Notes under the pieces: model-generated
The model's database searches: none
Told to the model about the DNA's origin: nothing
Seen by the model: only the letters and a program-made list of their open reading frames with translations
Assembly: GCA_043825875.1 (NCBI GenBank)
Contig: JBDRRF010000055.1
Span: 1-49,872, forward strand
DNA length: 49,872 bases
Reading direction: 5' to 3'
Source: Pseudomonadota bacterium
Lineage (GTDB): Bacteria > Desulfobacterota > Desulfobacteria > Desulfobacterales > RPRI01
Shown here: positions 9,839 to 20,383 of the stretch, one piece after another
How positions within the stretch are numbered: position 1 is the stretch's first letter
Layout of the letters: each line of letters starts with the position of its first letter
Translations under genes and position numbers: made by a program

Positions 9839-10343
9839 TTTGTTTCAAAAGCTTCTTAACGCGCCTTTTATAAAGTTCGCGCTTTAATGCGCTAATCCTG
9901 TCTATAAACAAAACTCCATTCAAATGATCTATTTCATGCTGCAAAACAACGGCAAGATGATCATTTGCTTCTATTCTTAATGGATTTCCTTCCCTGTCTA
10001 CAGCTTCAACAATTACTGACTCTGCTCTTTTCACATCCGATCTTAAATCGGGAACACTTAAGCAACCTTCACTTTGCGAAAGAGTTTCTCCTTCAGCTTC
10101 TATGATTACAGGATTTAAAAGCACCTGTATCGATTTTGGTTTTTCTGCCTGATCTATATCATAAACGATTATACTTTTATCGCATCCGATCTGGATTGAT
10201 GCAAGCCCGATTCCGGGTGCCCTGTACATAGTCTCTATCATATCATCTATAATTTTTTGGAGAGCACCGTTAATATCCGTTACCGGCTTTGCGGCATTTT
10301 TTAAAAACCTGTCAGGATATGTAAGTATATCAAGTAATGCCAT
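9831..10343 (-). CDS. def: Peptide deformylase
   Basis: GIGLA, EGCLS, QHEIDH motifs. Confidence 0.97.
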   Translation of the reverse strand: MALLDILTYPDRFLKNAAKPVTDINGALQKIIDDMIETMYRAPGIGLASIQIGCDKSIIVYDIDQAEKPKSIQVLLNPVIIEAEGETLSQSEGCLSVPDLRSDVKRAESVIVEAVDREGNPLRIEANDHLAVVLQHEIDHLNGVLFIDRISALKRELYKRRVKKLLKQNE

Positions 10344-10346
10344 TTG

Positions 10347-11420
10347 TTAACCTTCTTGATTTATAGATGCGGCCTTTCTTATTGTTATGCCTGTTATCAT
10401 TGCAGACACAAGACCCATTATTACTACCGGAATAATTTGTATAAAATGATTTATTAAAGTATAGCCTGCGGCATCCTTTGCAGATACACCGAAAAGGGCC
10501 ATAGAAAATATACCGCCTGCTTCCCAAAGCCCCCAGTATCCGGGAGCTGAAGGAAGGGCTATAAAAAAACCAACTATAATCATTACTACAGTAAATTCCA
10601 TAAAAGATATATCAATTCGTGGACAACCAAACGACAGCAGGTAATATGAAATAGCGCAAAGAAACCAGATAATCATTGTATAACAAATACAAATCAATAT
10701 GATCTTTGGACTTTTTATAAGTAAAAAACCATCTGAAAAATTTTTAAGGATTTTTTGTGCCGGAATACAAATCTTGTCTTCAATTTTTTTTTTAAAAGCT
10801 GCCCCGGCCAGGAAAAAAACAACAGGCAGTTTAGATATCAAATAGTCTATGATACTTCTTGTTTTATCAAATAATAATAAAAATATACCCAAAATAATCA
10901 TTGTGCCCATTACAATAATATTTTTTCCTGCTGATGTAAGAACATCTTTATTTAAATGGTAGCCTCCGAAATCAACAACCAAATCAGGTTTTATTGTAAT
11001 ATTTGCCATTATAAGCAAAAAAATCAGAAGCATAAAAATAACATCAAACAAACGATCTACAGCCACTGTTGCCAATCCTGTTGAAAAAGGCAGCTTTTCA
11101 TTCTTTAATAGTATGGCAGGTCTTGCAGCTTCCCCTACCCTGCCTGGTAATATACAGTTTATCATAAAACCTATCATTAGAGGATGAAAAGACTGAACAA
11201 AGCTTATTTTTCGGACTGGTTTCAGTATTGCCTGCCATCTTAAAGCTCTGAAAATAAAAGTTGATAATCCTACCAAACCCGCCGGTAATGCCCATAAATA
11301 GTTTATAGATTTAATATATTCCAACAAATCATCAACAGGAATATTTCGAAATGAAATATAAATTGCTGCAACAGATATTGCTGTTCCGATAACGAACGAA
11401 ATTGTTTTGTTTTTGTTCAT
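10347..11420 (-). CDS. Lysylphosphatidylglycerol synthase TM-domain (flippase-like) protein
   Basis: RALRW, N.ILPGRVGE..R, DRLFD, PSAPG..G motifs; multiple TM helices. Confidence 0.85.
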   Translation of the reverse strand: MNKNKTISFVIGTAISVAAIYISFRNIPVDDLLEYIKSINYLWALPAGLVGLSTFIFRALRWQAILKPVRKISFVQSFHPLMIGFMINCILPGRVGEAARPAILLKNEKLPFSTGLATVAVDRLFDVIFMLLIFLLIMANITIKPDLVVDFGGYHLNKDVLTSAGKNIIVMGTMIILGIFLLLFDKTRSIIDYLISKLPVVFFLAGAAFKKKIEDKICIPAQKILKNFSDGFLLIKSPKIILICICYTMIIWFLCAISYYLLSFGCPRIDISFMEFTVVMIIVGFFIALPSAPGYWGLWEAGGIFSMALFGVSAKDAAGYTLINHFIQIIPVVIMGLVSAMITGITIRKAASINQEG

Positions 11421-11430
11421 TTTATTGAAG

Positions 11431-12366
11431 CTACAATGAAAGTATGCTGCGTGCTTTATCTATATCTTTTTTTATTTGTTCCGAAAGTTCCGAAATTCCG
11501 GAAAATTTTAATTCATCTCTGATTCTTTCCACAAAATTTATCCGGATATTCTTGCCATAAATGTTTTCATTAAATTCAAGCATATGAACTTCGATAGTGA
11601 AAATATTATCATCAAATGTGGGACTGTAACCAATGTTTGCCACGCCTTTATACTTTATTCCATTATATTCAACAGTTACAGCATAAACCCCTTTTTGGGG
11701 ACATAACTCATCTACTATCTGTAAATTTGCAGTTGGAAAACCAAGAAGTTTGCCTCCCCTGTCGCGGCCTGTGGCAACTATCCCTCTTACCTGATAATAT
11801 CTGCCAAGAAGCTGTTGTGCATCTGCCACTTTGCCATCTTCTACAAGCTTGCGAATTTTTGTGCTGCTGATTCGTCCGGGCATTGTGTTTGTAACCGATA
11901 CCCAGTCAGCCACAATAACTTCAAAGCCATATTCCTTAGAGCAAGCTTTTAAAAATTCGGTATTTCCTTCCCGATTTTTACCGAAAGCATAATCGTTTCC
12001 AACAACAATAGCTTTCATTCCTATCTTATTAATAAGCAAATCCCTTACAAATTCCAATGCCGGTAATTGAGCAAATTCTGGAGTAAAAGGAATACATATC
12101 AAGACATCCAGCCCTGTTTTTTCAATAAGTTCAACTTTCTGTTCATGAATGGTAATAAGCGGAAGACGCCCGTTTTGTCTTAAAATCTTAATCGGATGCG
12201 GATTAAAGGTAATAGCTACTGATGTTCCGTTTATTGCATCTGCTTTTTCAATAACTTCATGAAAAAGTGCCTGGTGACCTATATGTACTCCGTCAAAATT
12301 TCCTATAGTTACTACGGCATTTTTAAATGGATTTTTAATTGATTCAATGTTATTTATAACTTTCAT
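11431..12366 (-). CDS. ribF: Bifunctional riboflavin kinase / FAD synthetase
   Basis: TIGNFDGVHIGHQ, ISSTKIR, LGFPTAN, GVYAV. Confidence 0.97.
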   Translation of the reverse strand: MKVINNIESIKNPFKNAVVTIGNFDGVHIGHQALFHEVIEKADAINGTSVAITFNPHPIKILRQNGRLPLITIHEQKVELIEKTGLDVLICIPFTPEFAQLPALEFVRDLLINKIGMKAIVVGNDYAFGKNREGNTEFLKACSKEYGFEVIVADWVSVTNTMPGRISSTKIRKLVEDGKVADAQQLLGRYYQVRGIVATGRDRGGKLLGFPTANLQIVDELCPQKGVYAVTVEYNGIKYKGVANIGYSPTFDDNIFTIEVHMLEFNENIYGKNIRINFVERIRDELKFSGISELSEQIKKDIDKARSILSL

Positions 12367-12456
12367 TATATGTTAAGACCCCAATAATAAACTTGACAAA
12401 ATACTTAAAAGAAATTAATTACCTTAACCTTGAATTTAAAGCAATGTTTTATTTGT

Positions 12457-12543
12457 GCCGAAGTGGCGGAACTGGTAGACGCGCTAGGTTCAGGGTCTAG
12501 TGGGGGATTCTCCATCGGGGTTCAAGTCCCCGCTTCGGCACCA
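12457..12543 (+). tRNA. tRNA-Leu (CAG)
   Basis: GCCGAAG/CTTCGGC acceptor stem, CTAGG-TTCAGGG-TCTAG anticodon arm, long variable arm, GTTCAAGTC T-loop, encoded CCA. Confidence 0.95.
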
Positions 12544-12559
12544 CACAACTATAATCATA

Positions 12560-13786
12560 TTACTGAAATATTACCTTTACCATTGAACCTTTTGCAAGCC
12601 CTTCAGTGTTTACACCGATTTTTATGAACCCATCTGCTTTGACCATAGTATTTATTAGACCGGATTTCCCCAAAACAGGTTCTGCCAATATGATACCTTC
12701 TTCTTCAGTCAGTCGAACCCTGATATAATCGGTTCTTCCCTGGGCTGAAGCAATATTTCTAGTAAGTTTTGCAGAAATAGAGGGAATGTTAGGCTGTAAA
12801 TTATTCCCACTAATCTTTTCAATAAAGGGCTTAACTACTGCGGTAAAAACAACCATAGCGGAAACCACATGTCCGGGAATACCCCATAATGCCTTTTTGC
12901 CTGACCTTGCAAGAATTGTCGGTTTACCGGGACTGATAGAAATGCCATGGACAATTATCTCGGAATCCGGAAGATCTGATAACACCTCAATTGTAAAATC
13001 GCGGGCACCTACAGAACTTCCTCCGGAAATCAAAACCATATCGGATTCAAAAAGAGCTTTTTTGCATATATCAAAAAGATTTTTATAATTATCTTTCACT
13101 ATTCCAAAGGTTAAAGGAATCCCTCCTGCTTCTGCAACCTGGCCTGAAAGAGTATATGAATTCATATCTCTTATTTGTCCTGAACGAGGAATTTTTGAAA
13201 CAGGCACTACCTCGTCTCCGGTTGAAATTATACTGATTACAGGCTTTTTATAAACTTTTACTTTTTCTATTCCGAAAGCGGCAAGCAATCCGGTTTCCTG
13301 CGGTCTTATTTTTCTACCCTTTGCAAGTATAACATTTCCTTTAAGAAAATCTTCTCCTTTTTCGATTATATTATGCCCGGGTGCGATGCTTTTATATATT
13401 TCTATAGTTTTTTCATCAAGAGTCTCCGTATGCTCAATCATAATAACGCTGTCAGCACCATTTGGAAGCATTCCTCCGGTTGATATTCTGGCAGCTTCCC
13501 CCTGCATAACCGAAAACGAAGGGGTTTCGCCCATTGCTATTTGCCCTGCTATATTCAGATATGCCGGATTTTCCTCTGATGCGCCAAATGTTGAAGAAGC
13601 ACAGACAGCATAGCCATCCATAGTTGAACGAAGAAAAGAAGGAAGATCGGCATCTGCAATAATATTTTCTGCAAGAATCCGCCACAGTGTGTTTTCAAGA
13701 GAAATTTCCTCTGTTTCAACAGTCTCAAACAAAGAAATATATTCAAAAACTTTATCCAGATCTATAACTTTAAAAAAATCTTTCAT
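12560..13786 (-). CDS. moeA: Molybdopterin molybdenumtransferase MoeA (gephyrin-like)
   Basis: RSTMDGYAV, TGG.LP.GADSV, ISTGDE, SGGSSVG..D, PGKPT; start placed at ATG 13786. Confidence 0.93.
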   Translation of the reverse strand: MKDFFKVIDLDKVFEYISLFETVETEEISLENTLWRILAENIIADADLPSFLRSTMDGYAVCASSTFGASEENPAYLNIAGQIAMGETPSFSVMQGEAARISTGGMLPNGADSVIMIEHTETLDEKTIEIYKSIAPGHNIIEKGEDFLKGNVILAKGRKIRPQETGLLAAFGIEKVKVYKKPVISIISTGDEVVPVSKIPRSGQIRDMNSYTLSGQVAEAGGIPLTFGIVKDNYKNLFDICKKALFESDMVLISGGSSVGARDFTIEVLSDLPDSEIIVHGISISPGKPTILARSGKKALWGIPGHVVSAMVVFTAVVKPFIEKISGNNLQPNIPSISAKLTRNIASAQGRTDYIRVRLTEEEGIILAEPVLGKSGLINTMVKADGFIKIGVNTEGLAKGSMVKVIFQ

Positions 13787-13994
13787 TAACAATCCTGTGT
13801 TTAACAATTTGTTTTTATTTTTTATTTGAATCTTTCATCAAATATTTTGTTTTACTAACAATATCGATGACTTTATTAAATGTCAAAAGAATAGATTGCA
13901 GATATCAAAAACTTGTAATAATAAGATAACAGTGTATAATTTACTAAATTCAAACAAACTTTTTCATATTCTTGATAATATGCCGAGGGAAATA

Positions 13995-15500
13995 ATGCCG
14001 GATGAGGATGAGCTTTTGGAAACTTCGGTTCCAAAGCGTGCTGAAAAACCAAACTTTCTTACAAATACTAACTTCGATGAGTTCATAATCCCATCAAAAG
14101 TATTAATGGGATTAAAGGGTGCAGGCTTTACTCTTTGCACTCCCATACAAGCCAGAGTACTTCCATTATCACTTGCAGGACATGATGTAGCAGGGCAAGC
14201 TCAGACAGGCACAGGGAAAACAGCGGCCTTTCTTGCGACCATTGCTTCACGCCTTCTTTTGCTTGAAAATATAATGCCCGGTTTGCCGTCTGCTCTTATC
14301 GTAACTCCAACAAGAGAGCTGGCTCAGCAAATATATGATGAGGCAGTTATACTTTTTAAGCATACAGAACTAACGCTTATGCAGGTAATAGGGGGAATTG
14401 ACTATCAGAAGCAGGCTGATACTCTCAAAAAAGGAGTAGATGTTGTTATATGTACTCCTGGCAGAATTATTGATTATTTTAAACAGGGCATATTTAAGAC
14501 AGAAGGGATAAAGATCGTTGTAATAGATGAAGCCGATCGCCTTCTTGATCTTGGTTTTGCAAAGGATATGCGATATATTCTGCAAAAACTTCCCAATTAT
14601 TCAAAAAGACAATCCATGCTTTTTTCAGCCACCCTTTCTCACAGAGTTCTGGAATTAACTTATGAATACATGAATCTGCCCGAATTTATTTCTGTTACTC
14701 CGGAAGATGTGGTCGTTGATGGTATAAATCAGATTCTTTTTCACGTTTCCAAAGAAAGCAAGCTATCTCTTCTATTGGGGCTTCTTAAGCGTGAAAACTG
14801 GGAAAGAATTCTCGTTTTTGTGAATACAAAATCAGGTGTGGAGTGGCTGGCCAGAAAGCTTAAAGGAAACGGATATCCGGCAGAAGGAATAACAGGAGAT
14901 CTGCCTCAGACAAAACGCTTTAGTTTGATGGAAAGATATAAAAAAGGCAATATAAAGATTCTGGTTGCAACCGATGTTGCATCCCGCGGTATACATGTGG
15001 AAGATATATCGCATGTATTTAATTATGATCTTCCTCATGATGGAGAGATATATGTTCATAGGATTGGCCGAACCGCCAGAGCCGGAAAAGAGGGAATCGC
15101 AATTTCTTTATCATGCGATGAATTTGTCTTAAATCTGGAAAATATAGAAAATAAAATCGGCTATAAAATCCCTGTGGTTTGGGCTGATGATGATTGGTAT
15201 CTTGAAGATAAATGCAAGACTGATTTTATCAAAAAGCGGTATGAAGGGAAAAAGCAAAAAAGACCTGAGAAAGAAGTTTTAAGAACAAAAAGCATTCAAA
15301 CTATAAAAACTAAAAATAAACCGAAAAAAGGTTATTTCCCGGGAAGTTTTTTCGGGTTTACGCCTCCTGTTCCGAAGCAACAAGAAACAACCGTATTGGA
15401 AGATAAACAACAGCAAACAGTACAGCCCCAAAAAAAGCACCGATACAGAAAAAAAAGTCATTTAAAAACCTCTGAAATAGCTGAAGACAAAGAAACTTAA
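13995..15500 (+). CDS. rhlB: DEAD-box RNA helicase, RhlB-like
   Basis: TPIQ, AQTGTGKT, PTRELA, DEAD, FSAT, HRIGRTARAG; basic C-terminal tail; start uncertain (13980 or 13995). Confidence 0.85.
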   Translation: MPDEDELLETSVPKRAEKPNFLTNTNFDEFIIPSKVLMGLKGAGFTLCTPIQARVLPLSLAGHDVAGQAQTGTGKTAAFLATIASRLLLLENIMPGLPSALIVTPTRELAQQIYDEAVILFKHTELTLMQVIGGIDYQKQADTLKKGVDVVICTPGRIIDYFKQGIFKTEGIKIVVIDEADRLLDLGFAKDMRYILQKLPNYSKRQSMLFSATLSHRVLELTYEYMNLPEFISVTPEDVVVDGINQILFHVSKESKLSLLLGLLKRENWERILVFVNTKSGVEWLARKLKGNGYPAEGITGDLPQTKRFSLMERYKKGNIKILVATDVASRGIHVEDISHVFNYDLPHDGEIYVHRIGRTARAGKEGIAISLSCDEFVLNLENIENKIGYKIPVVWADDDWYLEDKCKTDFIKKRYEGKKQKRPEKEVLRTKSIQTIKTKNKPKKGYFPGSFFGFTPPVPKQQETTVLEDKQQQTVQPQKKHRYRKKSHLKTSEIAEDKET

Positions 15501-15587
15501 ATATAGAATACAGGCTATCAGATAGTAAAGAGCAAATCATATCGCAAATAAAAAACTTACAATTTTACAATTCTATAGATAATCATA

Positions 15588-16391
15588 ATGGGCTATGTTT
15601 TTAATTATAAAGATACCATTGAATACAAAAAATGGTTTGAGAAACCTCATAACAGATCTGTTTACTCCCTTGAAAAAAAACTCATGATAGATATGCTAAA
15701 ACCTGTAAAGGGTGAAACTCTTCTTGATATAGGTTGCGGAACCGGTGAAAGCATCACACCCTTTATTGAAAAGGGGCTTTCAGCAACAGGTATCGATCCT
15801 TCAAAATATATGTTGGATTGTGCTATAAAAAAAATCGGAAACCGGGCAGAGTTTCGCCTATGTTTTGCAGAAGATCTTCCATTTGATGATAATTCCTTTA
15901 ATTATGCTTCATTTTTTACTTCACTGGAATTTGTTGATGATCCGAAAAAATCACTGCAAGAAGCTTGCAGAGTGGCAAAAGACAAACTATTTGTCGGTAT
16001 TCTAAATAGTTATTCGATAGATGTTTTTGGTATTCGTATCAAAAAATATTTTTCCGAAACATTGTACAGCCATGCAAATTTTTTCAATATCCTGGAAATC
16101 AAAAATATGATAAGGGAGCTTTTGGGAGATGTTCCGGTATCATGGGGAACAGTATATGGGTTTACTTTTAAGTCCGGTATAATTACCAGCAAATTTGAAA
16201 AACCCGACTTTATAAAAAAATATCCTTTTGGGCCATTTGTTGGAATTGTTGTTACTCTGGTTCCGCGATTCAGAACAAAACCTCTTACAATTAAATACCC
16301 AGGCAAACATACTACTGGTGCAATCAGCGGAAAGCCGGTACTTGGAGAATCGATTGGTGGAAGCTCTTCTTTACGAAAAACTTCAAAATAA
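15588..16391 (+). CDS. Class I SAM-dependent methyltransferase
   Basis: LLDIGCGTG, GIDPS, AEDLPFDDNSF. Confidence 0.88.
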   Translation: MGYVFNYKDTIEYKKWFEKPHNRSVYSLEKKLMIDMLKPVKGETLLDIGCGTGESITPFIEKGLSATGIDPSKYMLDCAIKKIGNRAEFRLCFAEDLPFDDNSFNYASFFTSLEFVDDPKKSLQEACRVAKDKLFVGILNSYSIDVFGIRIKKYFSETLYSHANFFNILEIKNMIRELLGDVPVSWGTVYGFTFKSGIITSKFEKPDFIKKYPFGPFVGIVVTLVPRFRTKPLTIKYPGKHTTGAISGKPVLGESIGGSSSLRKTSK

Positions 16392-17367
16392 TAAAATAAA
16401 ATGCGACCTATGCAACCATAGATGTGTTATCGATACCGGAAAAAGAGGAATCTGCGGGGTCAGAGAAAACAAAGACGGAGTGCTTGAAACACTGGTTTAC
16501 GGCAAACTTATTGCATCACATATCGATCCGATAGAAAAAAAACCTCTTTTCCATTTTTTGCCAAAAAGTCTTACTTATTCAGTTGCAACTGTAGGTTGCA
16601 ATTTCAAATGCCTTTTCTGCCAGAATTCTGATATTTCCCAAATGCCTTCTGATCATAAAGGTTTAATAGCAGGGGATTTTTTCACTCCTGAAGATGTTGT
16701 TACTTCGGCTATAAAGGGAAAGTGTCAAAGTATTTCCTACACTTATACAGAACCGACAGTGTTTTTCGAATTTGCCCGTGATACCGCAATTCTTGCGCTA
16801 AACAATGGTTTGAAAAATATTCTTGTAACAAACGGATACATGACGAAAGAAGCTCTTTCCATGATACACCCAAATATTGATGCAGCAAATGTTGATTTAA
16901 AATCTTTTAATGAAGATTTTTATAAAAAATATTGCGGCGCAAAGCTTGAACATGTCAAAAATACTTTAATGGAAATGAAATCCCTTGGGATCTGGATAGA
17001 AGTTACTACTCTTATCATTCCCGGATTAAACGATGACATTAAAGAGCTCGAAAATCTGGCCAATTTTCTTGTTGAATCCATCGGACCTGAAACTCCATGG
17101 CATATAAGCAGGTTTCATCCAACATATAAACTGTTAGACCACAAGTCCACTCCTCTTGAAACTCTGCTTTTGGCAAGAGAAACAGGCATAAAGTGCGGCC
17201 TTAAATATGTTTATATCGGAAATGCTCCTGGTGAAAATGGAGAAAGCACTTTCTGTTATAATTGCAAAAAAATCCTTATCGAGCGGCTTGGATTTTTTGT
17301 TAAAAAAAATATTATCAAAAATAACAAGTGCCCTTCCTGCGGAGTTAATATAGACGGTATGTGGTAG
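16357..17367 (+). CDS. amrS: AmmeMemoRadiSam-system radical SAM enzyme
   Basis: C..C...C......G.CGVREN, DPIEKKPLFHF, GCNFKCLFCQN, YTYTEP, WHISRFHP; GTG start at 16357 after GGAGA. Confidence 0.9.
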   Translation: MEALLYEKLQNNKIKCDLCNHRCVIDTGKRGICGVRENKDGVLETLVYGKLIASHIDPIEKKPLFHFLPKSLTYSVATVGCNFKCLFCQNSDISQMPSDHKGLIAGDFFTPEDVVTSAIKGKCQSISYTYTEPTVFFEFARDTAILALNNGLKNILVTNGYMTKEALSMIHPNIDAANVDLKSFNEDFYKKYCGAKLEHVKNTLMEMKSLGIWIEVTTLIIPGLNDDIKELENLANFLVESIGPETPWHISRFHPTYKLLDHKSTPLETLLLARETGIKCGLKYVYIGNAPGENGESTFCYNCKKILIERLGFFVKKNIIKNNKCPSCGVNIDGMW

Positions 17368-17463
17368 AAGATATAAAATGGTAATGTTTTATCTCTTATA
17401 GTCGCAGATAATTAGCATGATGTTAAATTACAGCTCAACAACAATGAAAAGGAGATAAAATCG

Positions 17464-18372
17464 ATGAATCGGAAATCAGTAACTATAAAGTGGGGTAAAT
17501 GCGGAAATGGGAACAGTTTTATTAAACATTATTTATTTCAACAAAGAATTCTTTTTAAAACTTTGATATTATTTGTGTCGACATTTATCATGCTTTCGAG
17601 CACTTCATTTGCAACTCAAAAAACTTTGGCTGGAAAAGATGCAAACAGATTACAATCCGGACATAGTTTTGAGATAGGACCTGTTTTTAATTATTTTGAA
17701 TATAAAGAATCTGATGTTGATTGGACCGGAAACATGGCTGGAGTAATGGGTAAATATACATACTGCTCTCCCACAGGTTTTATTTTTTCCGCTGAATTGG
17801 AATATACTCAAGATCTTGATGTCGAGTATGATGGCCAAACACAGAGCGGAACGCCTGTTAAGGAAGATTCCAAAGTCTGGATAGTCGAACCAAGGCTTAT
17901 TACCGGAGGCAGGCTGCAGATAAATAAACATTCTATCATAAACCCTTATTTTGGACTTGGCTATCGTTACTGGTATGACAATATTGAAGGAGTAGGAAGT
18001 TATAAAAGAATAACAGAATATTTATATCTGCCTATCGGAACAAATTTCACCCACAAGGTTTCTGAAAACTTTAAATGGGGGATTACTCTTGAATTTGATT
18101 TTTTTCTCTGGGGACGTAACAAAAGTTATTTAAGTGATGTGGATCCAGGTTTTAACGATCTTAAGCTTGATCAGGATTCCGGTTATGGCTTAAGAGCTTC
18201 ACTGCCTTGTACCTATAGATTCTTGCAGATTGAACCTTATATTTACTACTGGGATATAGGTAAATCAGATATTGATTTTATAACGTATTACGGAATACAA
18301 TCTGGATGGTATGCTGTGGAGCCTGATAATGAAACAACCGTATATGGTATAAGGCTTTCTTTTCTGTTTTAA
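17464..18372 (+). CDS. Outer-membrane beta-barrel protein (autotransporter-domain-like)
   Basis: Signal-like hydrophobic stretch; aromatic alternating strands (PYFGLGYRYW, YLYLPIG); C-terminal GIRLSFLF. Confidence 0.7.
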   Translation: MNRKSVTIKWGKCGNGNSFIKHYLFQQRILFKTLILFVSTFIMLSSTSFATQKTLAGKDANRLQSGHSFEIGPVFNYFEYKESDVDWTGNMAGVMGKYTYCSPTGFIFSAELEYTQDLDVEYDGQTQSGTPVKEDSKVWIVEPRLITGGRLQINKHSIINPYFGLGYRYWYDNIEGVGSYKRITEYLYLPIGTNFTHKVSENFKWGITLEFDFFLWGRNKSYLSDVDPGFNDLKLDQDSGYGLRASLPCTYRFLQIEPYIYYWDIGKSDIDFITYYGIQSGWYAVEPDNETTVYGIRLSFLF

Positions 18373-18402
18373 AATATTATTAAGGCACGTAACAAGTAGC
18401 AA

Positions 18403-18432
18403 GGTGGCGCGGCGCAAAGCGTCCGCGCCACC
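18403..18432. repeat. GC-rich hairpin
   Basis: GGTGGCGCGG / CCGCGCCACC perfect 10-bp stem. Confidence 0.75.
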
Positions 18433-18454
18433 AATTTAATGGAGATATTTTTTA

Positions 18455-20383
18455 ATGAGTAACACCCGCAATGTATATCTTGCAATGAACACTCTTGCAG
18501 AGGCAAAAAATATTTTATTCAGCAAATTTTCCCACCTTGAAAGACTTTCAGGAGAAATGATTTATGTTCCTGATTCGGTAGGCCGGGTTCTTTCAGAGCC
18601 TGTTTTTGCCAGACTTTCTTCCCCTAATTTTCATGCTGCCGCAATGGACGGCATAGCAGTAAAGGCGGAAACCACCTTTGGCGCAAGTGAAACCAACCCA
18701 AAAAAACTTATAGTAAACAAAGATATTTTTTTTCTTAATACAGGGCATGTTCTTCCAGAAAATACAAACTCTGTAATAATGATAGAAAACGTAAATATTA
18801 TAGATGAAAACTCGGTTGAAATCGAAATGCCTGCCGTACCATGGCAACATGTAAGGAAAATGGGCGAAGACATAGTGGCAACCGAACTGCTGTTTGCCCA
18901 GAATCATATAATAACACCATACTGTGTCGGAGCACTTCTTTCAGGCGGAATATTTTCTGTTTCCGTAAGGAAAAAACCAAAGATAGCCATAATACCCACT
19001 GGCTCCGAACTTGTCGACTGGGAAAATTCCAACATTGATCAGCTTAAACCGGGCCAGATTTATGAAACAAATTCTTTTGTCTTAGGCAAAATGGTTGAAT
19101 CTACCGGAGGCATTTATGAAAGATATGATAAAATCGCAGACGATACCGATAAAATTAAAGAAGCTGTCCTTAAAGCAGTTAATGCCGACTATGATATAGT
19201 ACTTATTCTCGGCGGTTCATCAGCCGGATCCGAAGATTATGCAAAAAAGGTTATTTCAGATATCGGTGAGGTCTTTGTTCATGGAGTTACCATGATGCCT
19301 GGAAAACCGGTAGTAATAGGCAAAGTTAAAAACAAACCGGTTTTCGGAATTCCCGGCTACCCTGTATCTGCGATAGTTGCATTCGAACAACTGGTACAAC
19401 CAATAATATGTAAACTGCTGGGGCAACCGGAAAAAGAAAGACAAAAAATTCAGGTCGTGCCTGCAAAGAAAATCACATCCAAGCTTGGTGTAGAAGAATT
19501 TCTGCGTGTAAAACTGGGAAAAGTTGGTGAAAGGATAATAGCAACATCTCTTCCAAGGGGAGCCGGATGTATAACCACAATCACAGAAGCAGATGGAATT
19601 ATTCGCATACCTAACAACGTTGAGGGAATAAACGCACAAGAGCCTGTGACAGCAGAGCTTATTCGCCCTCTTTCTTCTATAAACAATACAATTGTAGTTG
19701 TTGGAAGCCATGATAATTCAATAGATGTTCTTGCAGACAGCATGAAAGCAGGTCAAAACAGCTTAACTCTTTCTTCAAGCCATGTGGGCAGCATGGGTGG
19801 CCTTATGGCAATTAAAAACGGTGCATGTCATATTGCCGGTTCCCATCTTCTTGATACAACGGATGGTTCTTACAATATATCATACATTAAAAGATATCTT
19901 CCCGATATTAAAGTAAAGCTTGTCCACCTTGTTTTCAGGGATCAGGGACTCATTGTTGCAAAAGGAAATCCAAAAAATATAATTGGAATTGAAGACCTTG
20001 CCCGTAAAGATATAAAATTTATAAACAGGCAGGGCGGCTCAGGAACAAGGATTCTTCTTGATTACAGGTTAAATCAGCTGGGAATAAATCCTGCACAGAT
20101 AAACGGATACGATAACGAAGAATTCACACATATGTCTGTTGCAGTTAATATTTTAAGCGGTGCTATTGATGTGGGTCTTGGTATATTTGCAGCAGCAAAA
20201 GCACTTGGTCTTGATTTCATACCGGTAGTAACAGAACAGTACGATCTTGTTATCCCGGAGATTTATTTTGAAACCGAAAACATTAAAATACTTCTTGATA
20301 CAATTAATAGCACAGATTTTAAAAAACATGTCGAAACATTAGGCGGCTATAGCACAAAGAAAACCGGCGAAATATTGTTATGA
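18455..20383 (+). CDS. Molybdopterin biosynthesis protein: MoeA fused to a periplasmic-binding-type (PBP/LysR substrate-binding) domain
   Basis: AAMDGIAV, PTGSEL, GGSSAGSED, PGKP, PGYPVS; C-terminal GSHD, HVGSMGGL, FINRQGGSGTR. Confidence 0.92.
   Translation: MSNTRNVYLAMNTLAEAKNILFSKFSHLERLSGEMIYVPDSVGRVLSEPVFARLSSPNFHAAAMDGIAVKAETTFGASETNPKKLIVNKDIFFLNTGHVLPENTNSVIMIENVNIIDENSVEIEMPAVPWQHVRKMGEDIVATELLFAQNHIITPYCVGALLSGGIFSVSVRKKPKIAIIPTGSELVDWENSNIDQLKPGQIYETNSFVLGKMVESTGGIYERYDKIADDTDKIKEAVLKAVNADYDIVLILGGSSAGSEDYAKKVISDIGEVFVHGVTMMPGKPVVIGKVKNKPVFGIPGYPVSAIVAFEQLVQPIICKLLGQPEKERQKIQVVPAKKITSKLGVEEFLRVKLGKVGERIIATSLPRGAGCITTITEADGIIRIPNNVEGINAQEPVTAELIRPLSSINNTIVVVGSHDNSIDVLADSMKAGQNSLTLSSSHVGSMGGLMAIKNGACHIAGSHLLDTTDGSYNISYIKRYLPDIKVKLVHLVFRDQGLIVAKGNPKNIIGIEDLARKDIKFINRQGGSGTRILLDYRLNQLGINPAQINGYDNEEFTHMSVAVNILSGAIDVGLGIFAAAKALGLDFIPVVTEQYDLVIPEIYFETENIKILLDTINSTDFKKHVETLGGYSTKKTGEILL

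Noticed and set aside
12457..12560. tRNA-anchored prophage or genomic island at any of the three tRNAs
   Set aside because: No integrase and no duplicated tRNA 3' end seen; housekeeping genes abut the 3' sides
12430..12627. 65-aa ORF, and likewise ORFs 34941-35168 and 35126-35314
   Set aside because: They overlap tRNA genes and are shadow ORFs
16228..16356. N-terminal extension of the radical SAM ORF
   Set aside because: Overlaps the methyltransferase; the family-like sequence and an SD begin at GTG 16357
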